64,000 nt of DNA, taken from a virus. The position numbers were made by a program, and so were the translations under genes. The notes below the pieces were generated by a model. The model saw only the letters and a program-made list of their open reading frames with translations. It did no database searches and had not been told where the DNA came from. Where the stretch lies: positions 96,001-160,000 of IMG/VR virus record IMGVR_UViG_3300043411_002794. One strand, given 5' to 3'. Below are positions 1 through 11,956 of this stretch, one piece after another; position 1 is the first letter of the stretch, and each line of letters opens with the position of its first letter.

Positions 1-352
1 CCATGACCGGGGCAGGTAGTACGTCATACCGCTCGCCGGTCTCCAGATCCAGGATCTGTTTGACGTTGGTGTAGACAAAATAGCGACCGTCGAGGATCGC
101 TGCGATGCGCGTTTCTGTTTCGGTCGGCGGATCGGCCGCGACGTACCGAAGAATGTCTTGGACCTGCTGGACCTCCACGGAGATCTTATCCAGCACGTCA
201 CCGAAGAGAAGCAAATGGGCCGCCAACGCATCGATCTCCTCGTCGTCTGCGGGCAGCGGTCGCTGCAGCAGCTCCTTGAAGATCCACCGTTGCCGCAAGC
301 GGCTCCGGGGCGTCGGCGGCCCACCTGAACGCAGATAGGCGGAAAACTTCAT
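1..352 (-). CDS. Hypothetical protein, runs off the left edge (MKFSAYLRSGG...FVYTNVKQILDLETGERYDV...)
   Basis: My translation: the ATG at 352 overlaps the TAA of the upstream gene (TAATG), and the frame stays open to position 1. Not in the ORF track because it has no stop. Confidence 0.75.
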   Translation of the reverse strand, partial: MKFSAYLRSGGPPTPRSRLRQRWIFKELLQRPLPADDEEIDALAAHLLLFGDVLDKISVEVQQVQDILRYVAADPPTETETRIAAILDGRYFVYTNVKQILDLETGERYDVLPAPVM

Positions 353-645
353 TAGAGGCCGCGCAACAGACCGAAGTCCTGGCGGTAACCCGCAACAGGA
401 ATTCGACCCATGTACACGTCGTCGTTGGAGTTCCCCTCCGCATCGACCGGATACGTCCCGCTTTGGGACGAAATCCCGCAACCGGCCAGGCCGAGCTCGC
501 CCGCCACCTTGATCGCCATCTCGCGAGCTTGCAGCGATAAAAGCGGCTCAGGGCTGTTGGCCTGCAGTACAACGGTGGCCCCGCGGCCATCCGGATTCAA
601 CTTCGTCAGTTCAGTGCCGGCGGCGTTCGCCTTCACGACTTCCAT
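352..645 (-). CDS. Hypothetical protein, 97 aa
   Basis: GGAG upstream of the start, tight packing with neighbours, protein-like composition. Confidence 0.7.
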   Translation of the reverse strand: MEVVKANAAGTELTKLNPDGRGATVVLQANSPEPLLSLQAREMAIKVAGELGLAGCGISSQSGTYPVDAEGNSNDDVYMGRIPVAGYRQDFGLLRGL

Positions 646-656
646 GACACGATCTC

Positions 657-1139
657 CTAAACAGAATTGGTGGGAATCAAACCGTCGGGAAGTTTAATCC
701 CTGCCGCAACTTCCAGCAACGTCGTAGGCACCGTCAGGGTGCCGAGTGGGCGGTCATTGACGAGCAACCCCCACGAGATACCGTCTTCATTGATGATCGC
801 GTGCGGGTCGAGGCCGTCCATCACAAGTCCGGCCAACGGCGAACCTGCCGACTGCGGGTCGAGCACGTCGGGAAGGATCGCATAGCCGTTCGTCAGCTTG
901 GCGAGCCATTCGTTAAGTAGCGGCGGAGCGCGGTCGCTGTGTTTGAGGAAGCGGCACGAGTTCTCGGCCAGCGTCGTCCAGAGGATCCGCGGCTTCGTGA
1001 TCTGTGCCGCCGCCGTAAAGTGAGCAAAATGATCGAGCAGCGCGTTGGCGAGATCACGGCTCAGGTGCACGAACCCGCAGGCAATATGCTGGTTCGGATT
1101 GTTGGTGATCTGGTCGACTACAGACAGTAATAGGTTCAT
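657..1139 (-). CDS. Hypothetical protein, 160 aa
   Basis: Fits between neighbours with 3-11 nt gaps. Confidence 0.7.
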   Translation of the reverse strand: MNLLLSVVDQITNNPNQHIACGFVHLSRDLANALLDHFAHFTAAAQITKPRILWTTLAENSCRFLKHSDRAPPLLNEWLAKLTNGYAILPDVLDPQSAGSPLAGLVMDGLDPHAIINEDGISWGLLVNDRPLGTLTVPTTLLEVAAGIKLPDGLIPTNSV

Positions 1140-1142
1140 GCG

Positions 1143-1331
1143 TTATCGCAGTGAAAGGCCCTGACAGGCGAGCAGCAACGCAGCTGCCCGCGACGTGCGT
1201 GTGGATGCGACGCCGCCGGGAGAATCAACGAAGGGGCGGTTGAACCGCTTCTTCAGATCCTTCTCCCGACAACACCGTTTGTACTTCTGCCCGCTGCCGC
1301 AGCGACACGGCTGGTTTCTTCCCGTCCTCAT
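1143..1331 (-). CDS. SEC-C motif (zinc-binding) microprotein, 62 aa
   Basis: MRTGRNQPCRCGSGQKYKRCC matches the SecA C-terminal motif GRNxxCxCGSGKKYKxCC. GAGGAG lies 7 nt before the ATG at 1331. Confidence 0.8.
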   Translation of the reverse strand: MRTGRNQPCRCGSGQKYKRCCREKDLKKRFNRPFVDSPGGVASTRTSRAAALLLACQGLSLR

Positions 1332-1773
1332 TTCCTGGCTCCTCAGGATTGGCGATGACATACGCGTGCTGGGACGCGAAATAAGTCGCCAGTAAGGCTT
1401 CGTCGGCGTAATACGTTTCAGCTATTTCAACTAACAGCTGCTCCTCGAAGACCTTCCGCAACGCCGCGGCGATCTTCGAGAGATGTTTGTGATACCCTAC
1501 TTTCCTAGCGGCCTTCAAGACGGCCTGCAGTTCCGGATTCTGCAGACACAGGGTCTCGAAGCGGTGGACGTCGCAAACGCGATTGTCGCAACCGACGGGG
1601 CCGACCGAACGCAGGACGGGTGTCGCCGGGACCGTTTCACCCAGAACTTCCTCCGGGCGTCGCAGGCGGTAGATGCCGCCGCCGTAGCCCGAGAACAAGT
1701 CGGTTTGATGCTCCACGCGGATAGGTACGGCGGGACCTTCATCGAACGGGGCTAATGTCGGTGGTCGTCTCAT
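1225..1773 (-). CDS. Hypothetical protein, about 182 aa
   Basis: The ORF track start (1839) lies inside the hairpin, so the ATG at 1773 (MRRPPT) is preferred. The last 107 nt overlap the SEC-C ORF. Confidence 0.55.
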   Translation of the reverse strand: MRRPPTLAPFDEGPAVPIRVEHQTDLFSGYGGGIYRLRRPEEVLGETVPATPVLRSVGPVGCDNRVCDVHRFETLCLQNPELQAVLKAARKVGYHKHLSKIAAALRKVFEEQLLVEIAETYYADEALLATYFASQHAYVIANPEEPGNEDGKKPAVSLRQRAEVQTVLSGEGSEEAVQPPLR

Positions 1774-1806
1774 AGCTAAGGAAAAATCCCGATATGTAAG
1801 AAACAG

Positions 1807-1876
1807 CCCGACCACCATAAGAAATTGGAGTGCTTGCACCGAAGTGCTTGCACCGCCAACCTCTTAGGTGGTCGGG
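1807..1876 (-). terminator. 70-nt imperfect hairpin capped by C(UUCG)G; terminator or structured RNA element
   Basis: Minus-strand pairings: CCCGACCACC/GGUGGUCGGG, UAAGA/UCUUA, GGUUGG/CCAAUU, GUGC/GCAC, AA/AA loop, GCAC-UUCG-GUGC. Followed by CUGUUUCUU. Confidence 0.7.
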
Positions 1877-1883
1877 TTTAGGG

Positions 1884-2189
1884 CTAGACGACGATCAACT
1901 GCCGAGCCAGGCCAAAGTCTTGACCCTGGCAGATGGCTTCGAAAATCTTCGGAACGACGCGTGCGGCCGTGTCGTGTTCGATGCCTTGTTGCACCACCTC
2001 GTCGACGGCCAACTCGGCGATCCGCGCACGGCGGCGCCAAAGATAATCGTGCGGCAGTTCGTCGCGACGACGGCGAAATGCGACGATCTCCGCCGTGGCC
2101 AAGGCGTTGGACAACGCCGTGGTCACGATCACGCGAAGAGCGGCCATTGACGAAACGGGGGAAGTAGCGACCTGGGTCATCTGGGTCAT
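1884..2189 (-). CDS. Hypothetical protein, 101 aa
   Basis: AAGGA upstream; helical composition. Confidence 0.65.
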   Translation of the reverse strand: MTQMTQVATSPVSSMAALRVIVTTALSNALATAEIVAFRRRRDELPHDYLWRRRARIAELAVDEVVQQGIEHDTAARVVPKIFEAICQGQDFGLARQLIVV

Positions 2190-2214
2190 GATGCGTTCCT
2201 TCTAGAAAATGGGA

Positions 2215-2508
2215 CTAGGTCGACTTCGACGCGGCGACGCGATCTCGCAGCTCCTCGAGGAGCGCTACGAGAGTACGTCGCTTTTTGTCAAAGTCACGGC
2301 GAGCAGTGTAAGCACGTGCTAGACTCACTTCCGCAAGTTTTAGCACGTACTCAGACGCGTTCGTCATCCAGGCATCCGCCTGGTCTGCGAACGTGCGGAC
2401 ACGTTCCAGCAAAGGAACGTCGGTGGTGCCGGAGCGAAACCGGCTGAGACAGGCCGACCCGTCATCGACGAGTACGAGCCATTGATCTACCAGTAACGGG
2501 TGCAACAC
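2215..2508 (-). CDS. Hypothetical protein, 97 aa (coiled-coil C-terminus)
   Basis: AAAGGA upstream of the start; non-overlapping. Confidence 0.6.
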   Translation of the reverse strand: MLHPLLVDQWLVLVDDGSACLSRFRSGTTDVPLLERVRTFADQADAWMTNASEYVLKLAEVSLARAYTARRDFDKKRRTLVALLEELRDRVAASKST

Positions 2509-2540
2509 TTGGCGTTCCTTTGCTGAGGGTTGACGCAGCT

Positions 2541-2828
2541 CTAAGCTGCAGTCGTTAGGATCGTCCTCGCCCGGCGCGAAGCGATCAGATGCCCGAGCCC
2601 GTAACGAACGGGCACCGGAAAGTGCTGAACGAAGTCGTAGCGTTCAGTCACCAAGAGATTGTCCCAGCGGGCCGGAGCTCGTCCGAGCTCCTCCAACTGG
2701 GATGCGCATTCGGCGTCGTCGAAACGACGCTGGTCCGTATGTCCGAGGTTTTTGTATAACCGACGAGCAACGGGACCGAGAGTCCGAAGACCCTCACGAT
2801 CAAAGATACGCCGCGTTTGCGGTCGCAT
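2541..2828 (-). CDS. Hypothetical protein, about 95 aa
   Basis: GAGGTG before the ATG at 2828. Confidence 0.55.
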   Translation of the reverse strand: MRPQTRRIFDREGLRTLGPVARRLYKNLGHTDQRRFDDAECASQLEELGRAPARWDNLLVTERYDFVQHFPVPVRYGLGHLIASRRARTILTTAA

Positions 2829-2907
2829 ACACACCTCAACGAGTGAGTACCTGTTTGCGCAGGACTACCAATCGGCACACCGTATATGCCCGATTTTTCG
2901 GCTCGTT

Positions 2908-3225
2908 TTAGGTGCTCCGGAAGTGGAGCATGACCGTCTTTCCAGTGCGATTCGTGACGGCGAACGAATAGGCCTTCGTGTTCAATAGTTTACGGAGTTT
3001 GTTCTGTCCTTCGGGTGACAACTCCTGCAAACAGTCGAAGGTGGACTTGATGATATCGCGTTGCTTCTTCGCAGACTCGTCGCGGCTGCATTGCGTACAG
3101 CCTGGTCGCAAGTTGTTAAGCTGCTTTGACGGAATCTTGAGACACGGGATCTCGGCTAGGAACTTTGTGTTGCGAAGCATGGCCGCAACCGTCTCATGTG
3201 TGATGACGGTATTAGTTCGCTGCAT
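2908..3225 (-). CDS. Basic hypothetical protein with CxxC, 105 aa
   Basis: Starts 2 nt after the collagen gene stop; contains GCTQC; Lys/Arg-rich. Confidence 0.7.
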   Translation of the reverse strand: MQRTNTVITHETVAAMLRNTKFLAEIPCLKIPSKQLNNLRPGCTQCSRDESAKKQRDIIKSTFDCLQELSPEGQNKLRKLLNTKAYSFAVTNRTGKTVMLHFRST

Positions 3226-3227
3226 GA

Positions 3228-5154
<1,927 letters not shown>

Positions 5155-5161
<7 letters not shown>

Positions 5162-6279
5162 ATCTGCTCCAGATAGTCGGCCCAGTTTTCAGCCATCTTT
5201 GCGATTGTGAAATGCTCTTCGACAACTTGCTTCGCGTGTGCTGCGACACGTGTTCCGCGCGCACTGACGGCTTCTTCGCAGGCGGCGGCCAGGGTTTGCG
5301 GATCAGGGTTCACCGGTACTTCGATCACCAGTTCGCCAAACTTCCGTTGTAGCTCCGGCACGCTTCCGACCGGCGTTGCAACCACGGGCGTTCCGGCGAA
5401 CCAAGCTTCTAACATGGCAAGGCTGCAGGCTTCGTAGTGACTGGCAACCACCAACGCATCAAGGCCTGCTAGGACGTCACCGACGCGAGGCTCCGGCATG
5501 AAGCAACGGATCTTTCCGTCAGAGACATCCGCCAACTCCAGTAAATCCGCGGCCGGACTAAAGTAGTTGATCTGGTCACGACCATAGTAGACTACGCGGA
5601 AATTAGTCGGCAAGTAAGTTGCGGCGCGGGCAAGTGCGGCGTAGTTCTTTTCCGGCGAGTGGCGGCCGATGTGCCCGACTACTTTTTCGTCGGTTACGCC
5701 CCACATGGCTCGCTGGGCGTCACGACCGTACTGCGGCGTAATATGTGCCGTGTCACAGCCGTTATAGATTACGTGCCGCGGTAAACCCTGCAGCCCGGGG
5801 CGGTCGTCAAAGAATCTCAATGCGGCCTCCGCGCAGCCGACTAAATGCGTCAGACCGGAGATGGGGATGCGCGGCGGAGTTTCCGTCATCGTGGCGTGCG
5901 AGCAACAGATGCGGGGAATCGTAATGCCGGGAAACCAGCTTTCTACGTTGATGCCGCCCCACAGCAGAATCATGTCGGCGTTTTCAGCGACCGCTGCAAC
6001 GGCTCGTTGAAAAGTTGGATGCGTCTTGTAGATGTCCGCCGGATCTGGATTGAACGGATGCGCTATTGGTGCGCGTCGTACCGTTTCATTCGTGTGCAGC
6101 TGCGTGAACTTGGCGGCCGTACGGCAAAGCAGCGGGTCGGCACCACCGTAACCATTCAAGCATAAGCCCGTCCACTGTATGCGGTCGCGCGGTACGTATT
6201 GCAACAACTGGTTAATCCATCGCTCGGCCCCGCCCAGCGAGAAGTTCGGAGTTACGAGTGCTACTTTGGTCATAACCAA
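5155..6279 (-). CDS. Glycosyltransferase family 4 (GT-B fold), 374 aa
   Basis: N-terminal FSLGGAERW, VIYNGCD, HIGRHSPEKN, and SHYEACSLAMLEAWFAGTPVVATPVG (EX7E motif). Confidence 0.92.
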
Positions 6280-6875
6280 CTCCCTGCCCAGTGATGAATT
6301 GCATACGCGTCCGGAAACGCCTCGTGCCGTCTGTGCTTTTCAGTCCAGGGGTACGGATAGAACAACTCCGGACCGTACGCAACGACTTCCGGCAGGAAAC
6401 GATATGGTCGCCATGCTTCTGTGAGCAGGCCGGGACCAGTTGCTGATGCCTGATGCATACGAGAAGTGATTCGCGACGGTAGCATCGCCAACGCGGCCTT
6501 AATCACTACCTGCGACGGCACGGCCGCAATAAAACCGGCTGAGACCATGTCCGGCTTCTCGCCCGCCCCGACGAAGTCAGCATCTTGTAGCAGCGGCTCG
6601 ATGTTTTTCTGACAGATGAAGTCCGTGTCGAGATACACACCGCCAAAACGATGAAGCACTTCATAACGAAGTACGTCAGACAACTGCGCGGCGTTCCGCG
6701 CTTCGCCGATATGCGACGCATTTACGAGCGGCTGCAGTTGCTCCGGCCTGTTCCATTCGATCATTACCCATCCGGGGTGTAGCTCTCGCCAGCTCCGTCC
6801 AAATTCAACGAACTCGTCGGGCATTGGCTTTTCGCCGACCCAAATACGGTGGAAGATCTTGGGGATGCGTAGCAT
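6270..6875 (-). CDS. Glycosyltransferase family 32 (OCH1-like, DXD motif), 201 aa
   Basis: IPKIFHRIWVG, SDVLRYEVLHRFGGVYLDTD, and C-terminal YAIHHWAGSW. Confidence 0.92.
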   Translation of the reverse strand: MLRIPKIFHRIWVGEKPMPDEFVEFGRSWRELHPGWVMIEWNRPEQLQPLVNASHIGEARNAAQLSDVLRYEVLHRFGGVYLDTDFICQKNIEPLLQDADFVGAGEKPDMVSAGFIAAVPSQVVIKAALAMLPSRITSRMHQASATGPGLLTEAWRPYRFLPEVVAYGPELFYPYPWTEKHRRHEAFPDAYAIHHWAGSWL

Positions 6876-7525
6876 TCAGTGTTCCAGCGACAGAGGTCGT
6901 AAAACTGCGGGTTGAACGCGGCACGAATATCAGAGTCGGAGACGTCGGCAATGCACAAGTTCGGTTGTGCGACAAATACACCCGGGTCGTCGGCGAACAG
7001 CGTAGCCAGCGACAGATCTGCGCTGGCAGTGAAGTGCCGATACTGTCGCAAGATTGGACCGAATGCGGTCGCATCAATCAACATCGCCCAGGTGCCGCAG
7101 GTCTTGTTCGGATGGTAAAAACCCGGCACCCTGCTCGACTGTACGGAAGACCAATGCAATTGCGAGGCGCCGAGATAAACCAGTTTCCACGGCGGTAGTA
7201 CGTTAAGTCGTGCGAGTTGCGCATTGAATTCTTTGTGCAGCAGCACGTCGTCTTCAAAAATCGCAATGCGCCGGTACCCGTTCAGCTGTGCGCACTCAAG
7301 CATGGCGATGTGCGACAGTAAGCAGGCCAACGCACCGGGCGTGCGTAGGTTCTTTTTCGTTGCCGCGTGATTCCAGTACCGTGCCTGAAACTCCGGCGAG
7401 AGTCCGTCGATTGCCGGGAATCGTGTTACGGGCTGGTCGCAAGCGTCAAATTGTGCTTTGACGCAATTCCAGCGATCGGGACGCCGGTCGAGGTTGAGCA
7501 CGAAGACTTTGTCGACGGGAAGCAT
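6764..7525 (-). CDS. Glycosyltransferase family 25, about 253 aa
   Basis: VFVLNLDRRPDRW, RFPAIDG, GALACLLSH, IAIFEDDV, LVYLG. Start at MLPVDK (7525). The 3' end overlaps the GT32 gene by 112 nt. Confidence 0.88.
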   Translation of the reverse strand: MLPVDKVFVLNLDRRPDRWNCVKAQFDACDQPVTRFPAIDGLSPEFQARYWNHAATKKNLRTPGALACLLSHIAMLECAQLNGYRRIAIFEDDVLLHKEFNAQLARLNVLPPWKLVYLGASQLHWSSVQSSRVPGFYHPNKTCGTWAMLIDATAFGPILRQYRHFTASADLSLATLFADDPGVFVAQPNLCIADVSDSDIRAAFNPQFYDLCRWNTECYASPRSSTVFGSAKSQCPTSSLNLDGAGESYTPDG

Positions 7526-7532
7526 TAGGCGA

Positions 7533-9116
7533 CTACGCCGTAAACGACCCATTGACGTAGCCCGCCTGCACCGACGTCATTGCGGACGTGACGGTCGACT
7601 CGACTTGGGAGAAATAGACGTAGACGGTTTCACCGCCGCCGTCCGAGCCGTTCCCGCCTGAACCGCTGCCCCCGCCGCCGCCCGCCGATGCAACGGTTGC
7701 TCCGCAATAGGAAGCGTAGAGAATTTTAATCCAGCCGCCCGATTCGCCGTTGCCGCCCGTGCCGCCGACGCCCGCACCACCGCCGCTGCCGCCGCTGCCA
7801 CCATAGGAATTTACGGCGCTACTCAAAACGTCCGTGCGTCGCATAGAAATAGTTCCGCCCGCACCGCCGCTGCCGCCGTTGCCGTCAGCCAACATAATCC
7901 CCGCGTCGCCGCTGCCGCCGCTGCCGCCGCTGCCGCCGTCGGTCGAAATGCCAATCGTCACAATGCAATTGACAAGATCAACCGAACCGGCAGGGCCGCC
8001 CTGGCCGCCGGAACCGGCTCCAATTTCTAAGTCCGTGTCGCAGCTGCCGCCCGTGCCGCCCGCACCGCCCGCACAGTCAATGCCGTATAACGTCGAATCC
8101 TGCGCAATAACGCTGCCGCCCTGCCCGCCGTCGCCGCCGGTCTGACTGGTATCGCCGTCGCCGCCCTGGCCGCCGGTCGTGTATACGTTGGACTCGCTCA
8201 CAACGTCGAACAACGTAATGGTGTTGCCAAAGCCGCCCGCCGAGTTGGCCGCACCGGATGCGCCGGAAGCCGTGATACCCGACAATACCGTGAGACTGCT
8301 CAGCGTAATCGCGCCGCCGTTTTCGCCCGTCGTGTTGCCCGCTGAAGATACCGAAGCAAGTTGCAGCGACTTGCGCCCCGTCGTGCATTGAATGACGATC
8401 GCGCCGCCGTCGGAATCCATCGCCCCCATTTGGTTAATGCCGCCCGAGTAGGGATGCGAATCAATCGCCAAATTGATCGCCGCGCCGCCGCTACTAATGC
8501 CGCCGTACGCAGTCGCCTTCGGCATGAGCCACAATATTTTCGCGCCGTCGTCGTATGCCGCTTGCGGCGTCGCGTAGGGGAGCGGCGCGGCCGATGATGT
8601 GCCCACGGCCCCAGTCGTGTCGTTGCCGGTAGGCGCGATGATCGCGACGCCTTCTAGCAACGTACCGCCGCCTCCGGCGCCGGTGGGTCCTGTCGTCCCG
8701 ATCGGACCCGTGGGCCCCGTGGGTCCGGTCACGCCGGCGGATCCGGCAGACCCGCCCGGGCCGGTGGGTCCGGTCACACCAATAGGGCCGGTCGGTCCGG
8801 TAGTGCCAACACCGGTCGGGCCGGTGACTCCGATCGGGCCTGTCGGGCCGGTGGTACCAACGCCGGTCGGGCCGGTGGTACCGACACCAGTCGGCCCTGT
8901 GACGCCATCGGTCCCGGCGGGGCCTGTTGGTCCGGTGGTACCGACACCCGTCGGTCCTGTTGCGCCGGTCGGCCCTGTGACACCGGCAGGGCCCGTCGCG
9001 CCGACCTCACCGCCGCTGGGGCCGCGTTCGCCCCGCACGCCGGGCCCGCCGCGACTACCTGCAGGACCGCGTGGACCGGTGGGACCAGTAGGGCCTGTAT
9101 ATCCATGTATGGTCAT
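7533..9116 (-). CDS. Collagen-like fibre protein 2 with Gly-rich beta-solenoid-like head, 527 aa
   Basis: About 145 aa of GPT repeats, then a TGNDTTG...PYATPQAA cap and repeated GGxGG loops alternating with beta strands. GGAGG upstream. Confidence 0.88.
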   Translation of the reverse strand: MTIHGYTGPTGPTGPRGPAGSRGGPGVRGERGPSGGEVGATGPAGVTGPTGATGPTGVGTTGPTGPAGTDGVTGPTGVGTTGPTGVGTTGPTGPIGVTGPTGVGTTGPTGPIGVTGPTGPGGSAGSAGVTGPTGPTGPIGTTGPTGAGGGGTLLEGVAIIAPTGNDTTGAVGTSSAAPLPYATPQAAYDDGAKILWLMPKATAYGGISSGGAAINLAIDSHPYSGGINQMGAMDSDGGAIVIQCTTGRKSLQLASVSSAGNTTGENGGAITLSSLTVLSGITASGASGAANSAGGFGNTITLFDVVSESNVYTTGGQGGDGDTSQTGGDGGQGGSVIAQDSTLYGIDCAGGAGGTGGSCDTDLEIGAGSGGQGGPAGSVDLVNCIVTIGISTDGGSGGSGGSGDAGIMLADGNGGSGGAGGTISMRRTDVLSSAVNSYGGSGGSGGGAGVGGTGGNGESGGWIKILYASYCGATVASAGGGGGSGSGGNGSDGGGETVYVYFSQVESTVTSAMTSVQAGYVNGSFTA

Positions 9117-9154
9117 AACGCCTCCCTGCGTTACCGGTACTAAACTACATAGCG

Positions 9155-11050
9155 TTAGACGTAGGTGTCGTAAGTCGTGCCTGCCACGACGACGTAGAAG
9201 CCTTCCTTCGTAGCCGGTGTCGTGGGCATAGCGTAAATCGTCGTGTGGTATGCCGAGACCGCGCCGCCCGCACCGCCGCCGGTCTGGGTCACGTCAATCG
9301 TGCCGATCTGCGAGTGATGGACGCCGATCGTGCCGCCATTGGCGCTTTGCCCCGTGTCGCTTTCGCCGGCGCGGACACGTAATGATCCGTACACATAGGA
9401 CGCGTAAATGGCCCCGCCGTTACCCGGCGCACCGTCGCGAACGCCGCCGGCGGCGCCGGCCAAACCGGCGTGGCCGCCGTAGGCGTACAGATTGAGCGTA
9501 GCTGTGGCATGCGTGTTGAGCGTGCAATTGTTGGCGTAGATGGTGCCGCCCACGCCACCGGTACCACCAGTGCCGTCTACCAGATACTCGTCTTCGGTCC
9601 CGCCCTGCCCGCCTTCGCCGCCGTTGGCGTAAACTTCCAACTGCGTGCTTACGCCCGCCAGACTACGGAGCCCGTCGAGATAGATGGTGCCGCCCGCAGC
9701 ACCGTTACTGCCCCCGCCGGCTTGCGTCGCACAGCCTCCGCCCGCGCCGCCGTTCGCCGTAATAGCGTGGGACTCGCCGGCGACGGCGACCACGCAATCG
9801 GTAATGCGAATGGTGCCGGCGGAACCGCCGGGAATAGGTGTCGGCAACGATGACGGCGCGCCGCCGTTGGCATGGATGTAGGCCGGGCCGGCATAGCCGA
9901 TTTGGCAGCGCGTCAGCGTGATGCTGCCGGCGTTGTAGCCGTTATCGACCGTGGACCCGGACGACCCGTCCGTATTGATCGTATCCACGCAGCAGTTTAC
10001 GACCGTGACGTCGCCGCTCGTGCCCGCCAGGGACGTGATGATGCTGGCAATGCGGACCTGCGACATTTCGCCGGCGTTGATAATCGTCACAGCCGAACCC
10101 GAGGTGACTTCACAGGTCAACGTGACCTCGGTGCCCCCGCCGTGCGTCAACGGTACGATCGTGTACGTGCCGTGCGTGTTGAGCGAGTAACTACCGGCGG
10201 CGATGAAGAGCATCGCGGTGGTGCCGCCCATGGCCGTGAGCGCTGCCGTGATCGTGGCGAACGGACGACCCGGATTACCGGGCACGCCGTAGGAATCATT
10301 ACCGTAGCCCGTAATCCAGGCCGTGGCGGGTACGCCGGGACAGCCGGGGTTGTAATCGAAACCGACTACCAGCGAATCACTGCCGGCGAACGCCGAGCCG
10401 AACGTACCGGCTACGGTGCCGGTGCACGTAAGCAGCGCGCCCATCGTGACGCCCGTCACGCGAAACAGCATGAGTTTCAGGCCGTCCGTGCTTGCGATCC
10501 GCAGCAACACACCGGGAACCACCAGCGACAAGACATTGCCGATCGCCATCGAGTTGCTATTTGTGGCGTGCACGTAGACGGTGGTGGCGCTACTCGGCGT
10601 CGCATGGTTGAGACGAAGCTGTCCGGCGGAAATGCCGGTGGCGTTGGTGGTTGTGTTGAACGTGTACGGGAAGCCGTCGCCGCCTCCTCCTCCGCCGCCG
10701 GAGCCGGAAGGACCGGTAGGACCCGTGGCACCAGTAGTACCGACACCAGTCGGTCCTGTCGGACCAACGACACTGCTGCCGGCGGGGCCGGTCGGACCGG
10801 TCGGGCCTGTGACGCCGACACCAGTTGGACCAGTGACACCATCAGGACCAGTCGGCCCGGTCGGGCCGGTAGTACCGACACCAGCCGGCCCCGTTGCACC
10901 AGTTGGGCCTGTCGGTCCGGTCGGACCGGCGGCCGAGTCGCTGCGCGGGCCCCTTGCGCCTGTGTAGCCGTGCCCGGCAGGCCCGCGCTCACCACGCGCG
11001 CCGGTCGGCCCGGTCGCTCCAGTTGCACCGCTATAGCCCTGCGTGCTCAT
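9155..11050 (-). CDS. Collagen-like fibre protein 3 with Gly-rich beta-solenoid-like head, 631 aa
   Basis: GPT repeats, a spacer domain, [17 protein letters not shown]...AAGSY (beta-helix cap-like), then Gly-rich repeats. Paralogue of protein 2. Confidence 0.88.
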   Translation of the reverse strand: MSTQGYSGATGATGPTGARGERGPAGHGYTGARGPRSDSAAGPTGPTGPTGATGPAGVGTTGPTGPTGPDGVTGPTGVGVTGPTGPTGPAGSSVVGPTGPTGVGTTGATGPTGPSGSGGGGGGGDGFPYTFNTTTNATGISAGQLRLNHATPSSATTVYVHATNSNSMAIGNVLSLVVPGVLLRIASTDGLKLMLFRVTGVTMGALLTCTGTVAGTFGSAFAGSDSLVVGFDYNPGCPGVPATAWITGYGNDSYGVPGNPGRPFATITAALTAMGGTTAMLFIAAGSYSLNTHGTYTIVPLTHGGGTEVTLTCEVTSGSAVTIINAGEMSQVRIASIITSLAGTSGDVTVVNCCVDTINTDGSSGSTVDNGYNAGSITLTRCQIGYAGPAYIHANGGAPSSLPTPIPGGSAGTIRITDCVVAVAGESHAITANGGAGGGCATQAGGGSNGAAGGTIYLDGLRSLAGVSTQLEVYANGGEGGQGGTEDEYLVDGTGGTGGVGGTIYANNCTLNTHATATLNLYAYGGHAGLAGAAGGVRDGAPGNGGAIYASYVYGSLRVRAGESDTGQSANGGTIGVHHSQIGTIDVTQTGGGAGGAVSAYHTTIYAMPTTPATKEGFYVVVAGTTYDTYV

Positions 11051-11565
11051 TACAGCGTCTCCTCGCCGATTGTTTGGACCGAATCCTGCCGGTTCAATGT
11101 GAGCTTCAACGCCGCGACGTCGTTGAGGACGGCCTCAATGAAGTCGTCAGCTTCCTTCTGGGAGCGAACCAAGATATCGACATAGTTCATGCGAAACCAT
11201 GCCGGAACACTGTTCTCAACCGGGGCGTCCGCCGGGTATTCCTCGAGATCCACCGGCGAGCAGACGTGGTCAAAGAAGCCTTTTCGCTCTTGGGTGGCCG
11301 GATTGGTCGGAGCCATCAGGTAGGCGAAGACCTTCGTGGTCATGCCTGAGGCTTCCACGGCCTGGATCCGGACCCGGATCCCGTCAATGCGGTTGTAAAT
11401 GTAGCGGCTGGCGGCCTTTACGATCGTAATGCTGCGGCCGGAGTCGTCGCTGCTGGATTCCACGGCATCTTCTCCGAAGAATTCGAGTACCAGCGAGTCG
11501 GCAAGGGAGACCGAGTCGCCGTAATCGTAAGCTGAACCAGCCGAGCTGGATGGACAGTCCGACAT
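11050..11565 (-). CDS. Hypothetical virion-module protein, 171 aa
   Basis: GGAGG upstream; TAATG coupling to the collagen 3 gene. Confidence 0.75.
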   Translation of the reverse strand: MSDCPSSSAGSAYDYGDSVSLADSLVLEFFGEDAVESSSDDSGRSITIVKAASRYIYNRIDGIRVRIQAVEASGMTTKVFAYLMAPTNPATQERKGFFDHVCSPVDLEEYPADAPVENSVPAWFRMNYVDILVRSQKEADDFIEAVLNDVAALKLTLNRQDSVQTIGEETL

Positions 11566-11584
11566 ACGCCCCTCCCTGGGCGAG

Positions 11585-11881
11585 TTACGACAAGACAGAC
11601 GACTCTTCCGGCATCGCGCTCACTTCGGCCGTGATCGTAACGAAGGCCTCCGCAGAGCACGACACCAATCCCACGGCGTAGCCCCGCTCATCGGTCAGAT
11701 AGGGCTGCGAGATCTCGGCCGACAAATGATCGGCAAATAGCGTGACGCGGTGCCCGACCAACGGCTGATCATTCACGTCGCGGACCCGGATCTTGACGGC
11801 AATCGTCTTTTGGCCGTCGGCGCGTACCGCCGGCTTCGTGCCGTAGAACATCCGGGAAAGATAGGGGCTGATGGCAGCCAT
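11585..11881 (-). CDS. Bacterial Ig-like (Big-1/invasin-type) domain protein, 98 aa
   Basis: VRVRDVNDQPLVGHRVTL...TDERGYA...VTITAEV pattern. Confidence 0.7.
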   Translation of the reverse strand: MAAISPYLSRMFYGTKPAVRADGQKTIAVKIRVRDVNDQPLVGHRVTLFADHLSAEISQPYLTDERGYAVGLVSCSAEAFVTITAEVSAMPEESSVLS

Positions 11882-11956
11882 AGAGCATCCTGCTCAACTT
11901 GGGCATCCGTGACGGTCCAAGTATAGTCGGCGACGCCCGGCGGTGTAACGCCGTCT

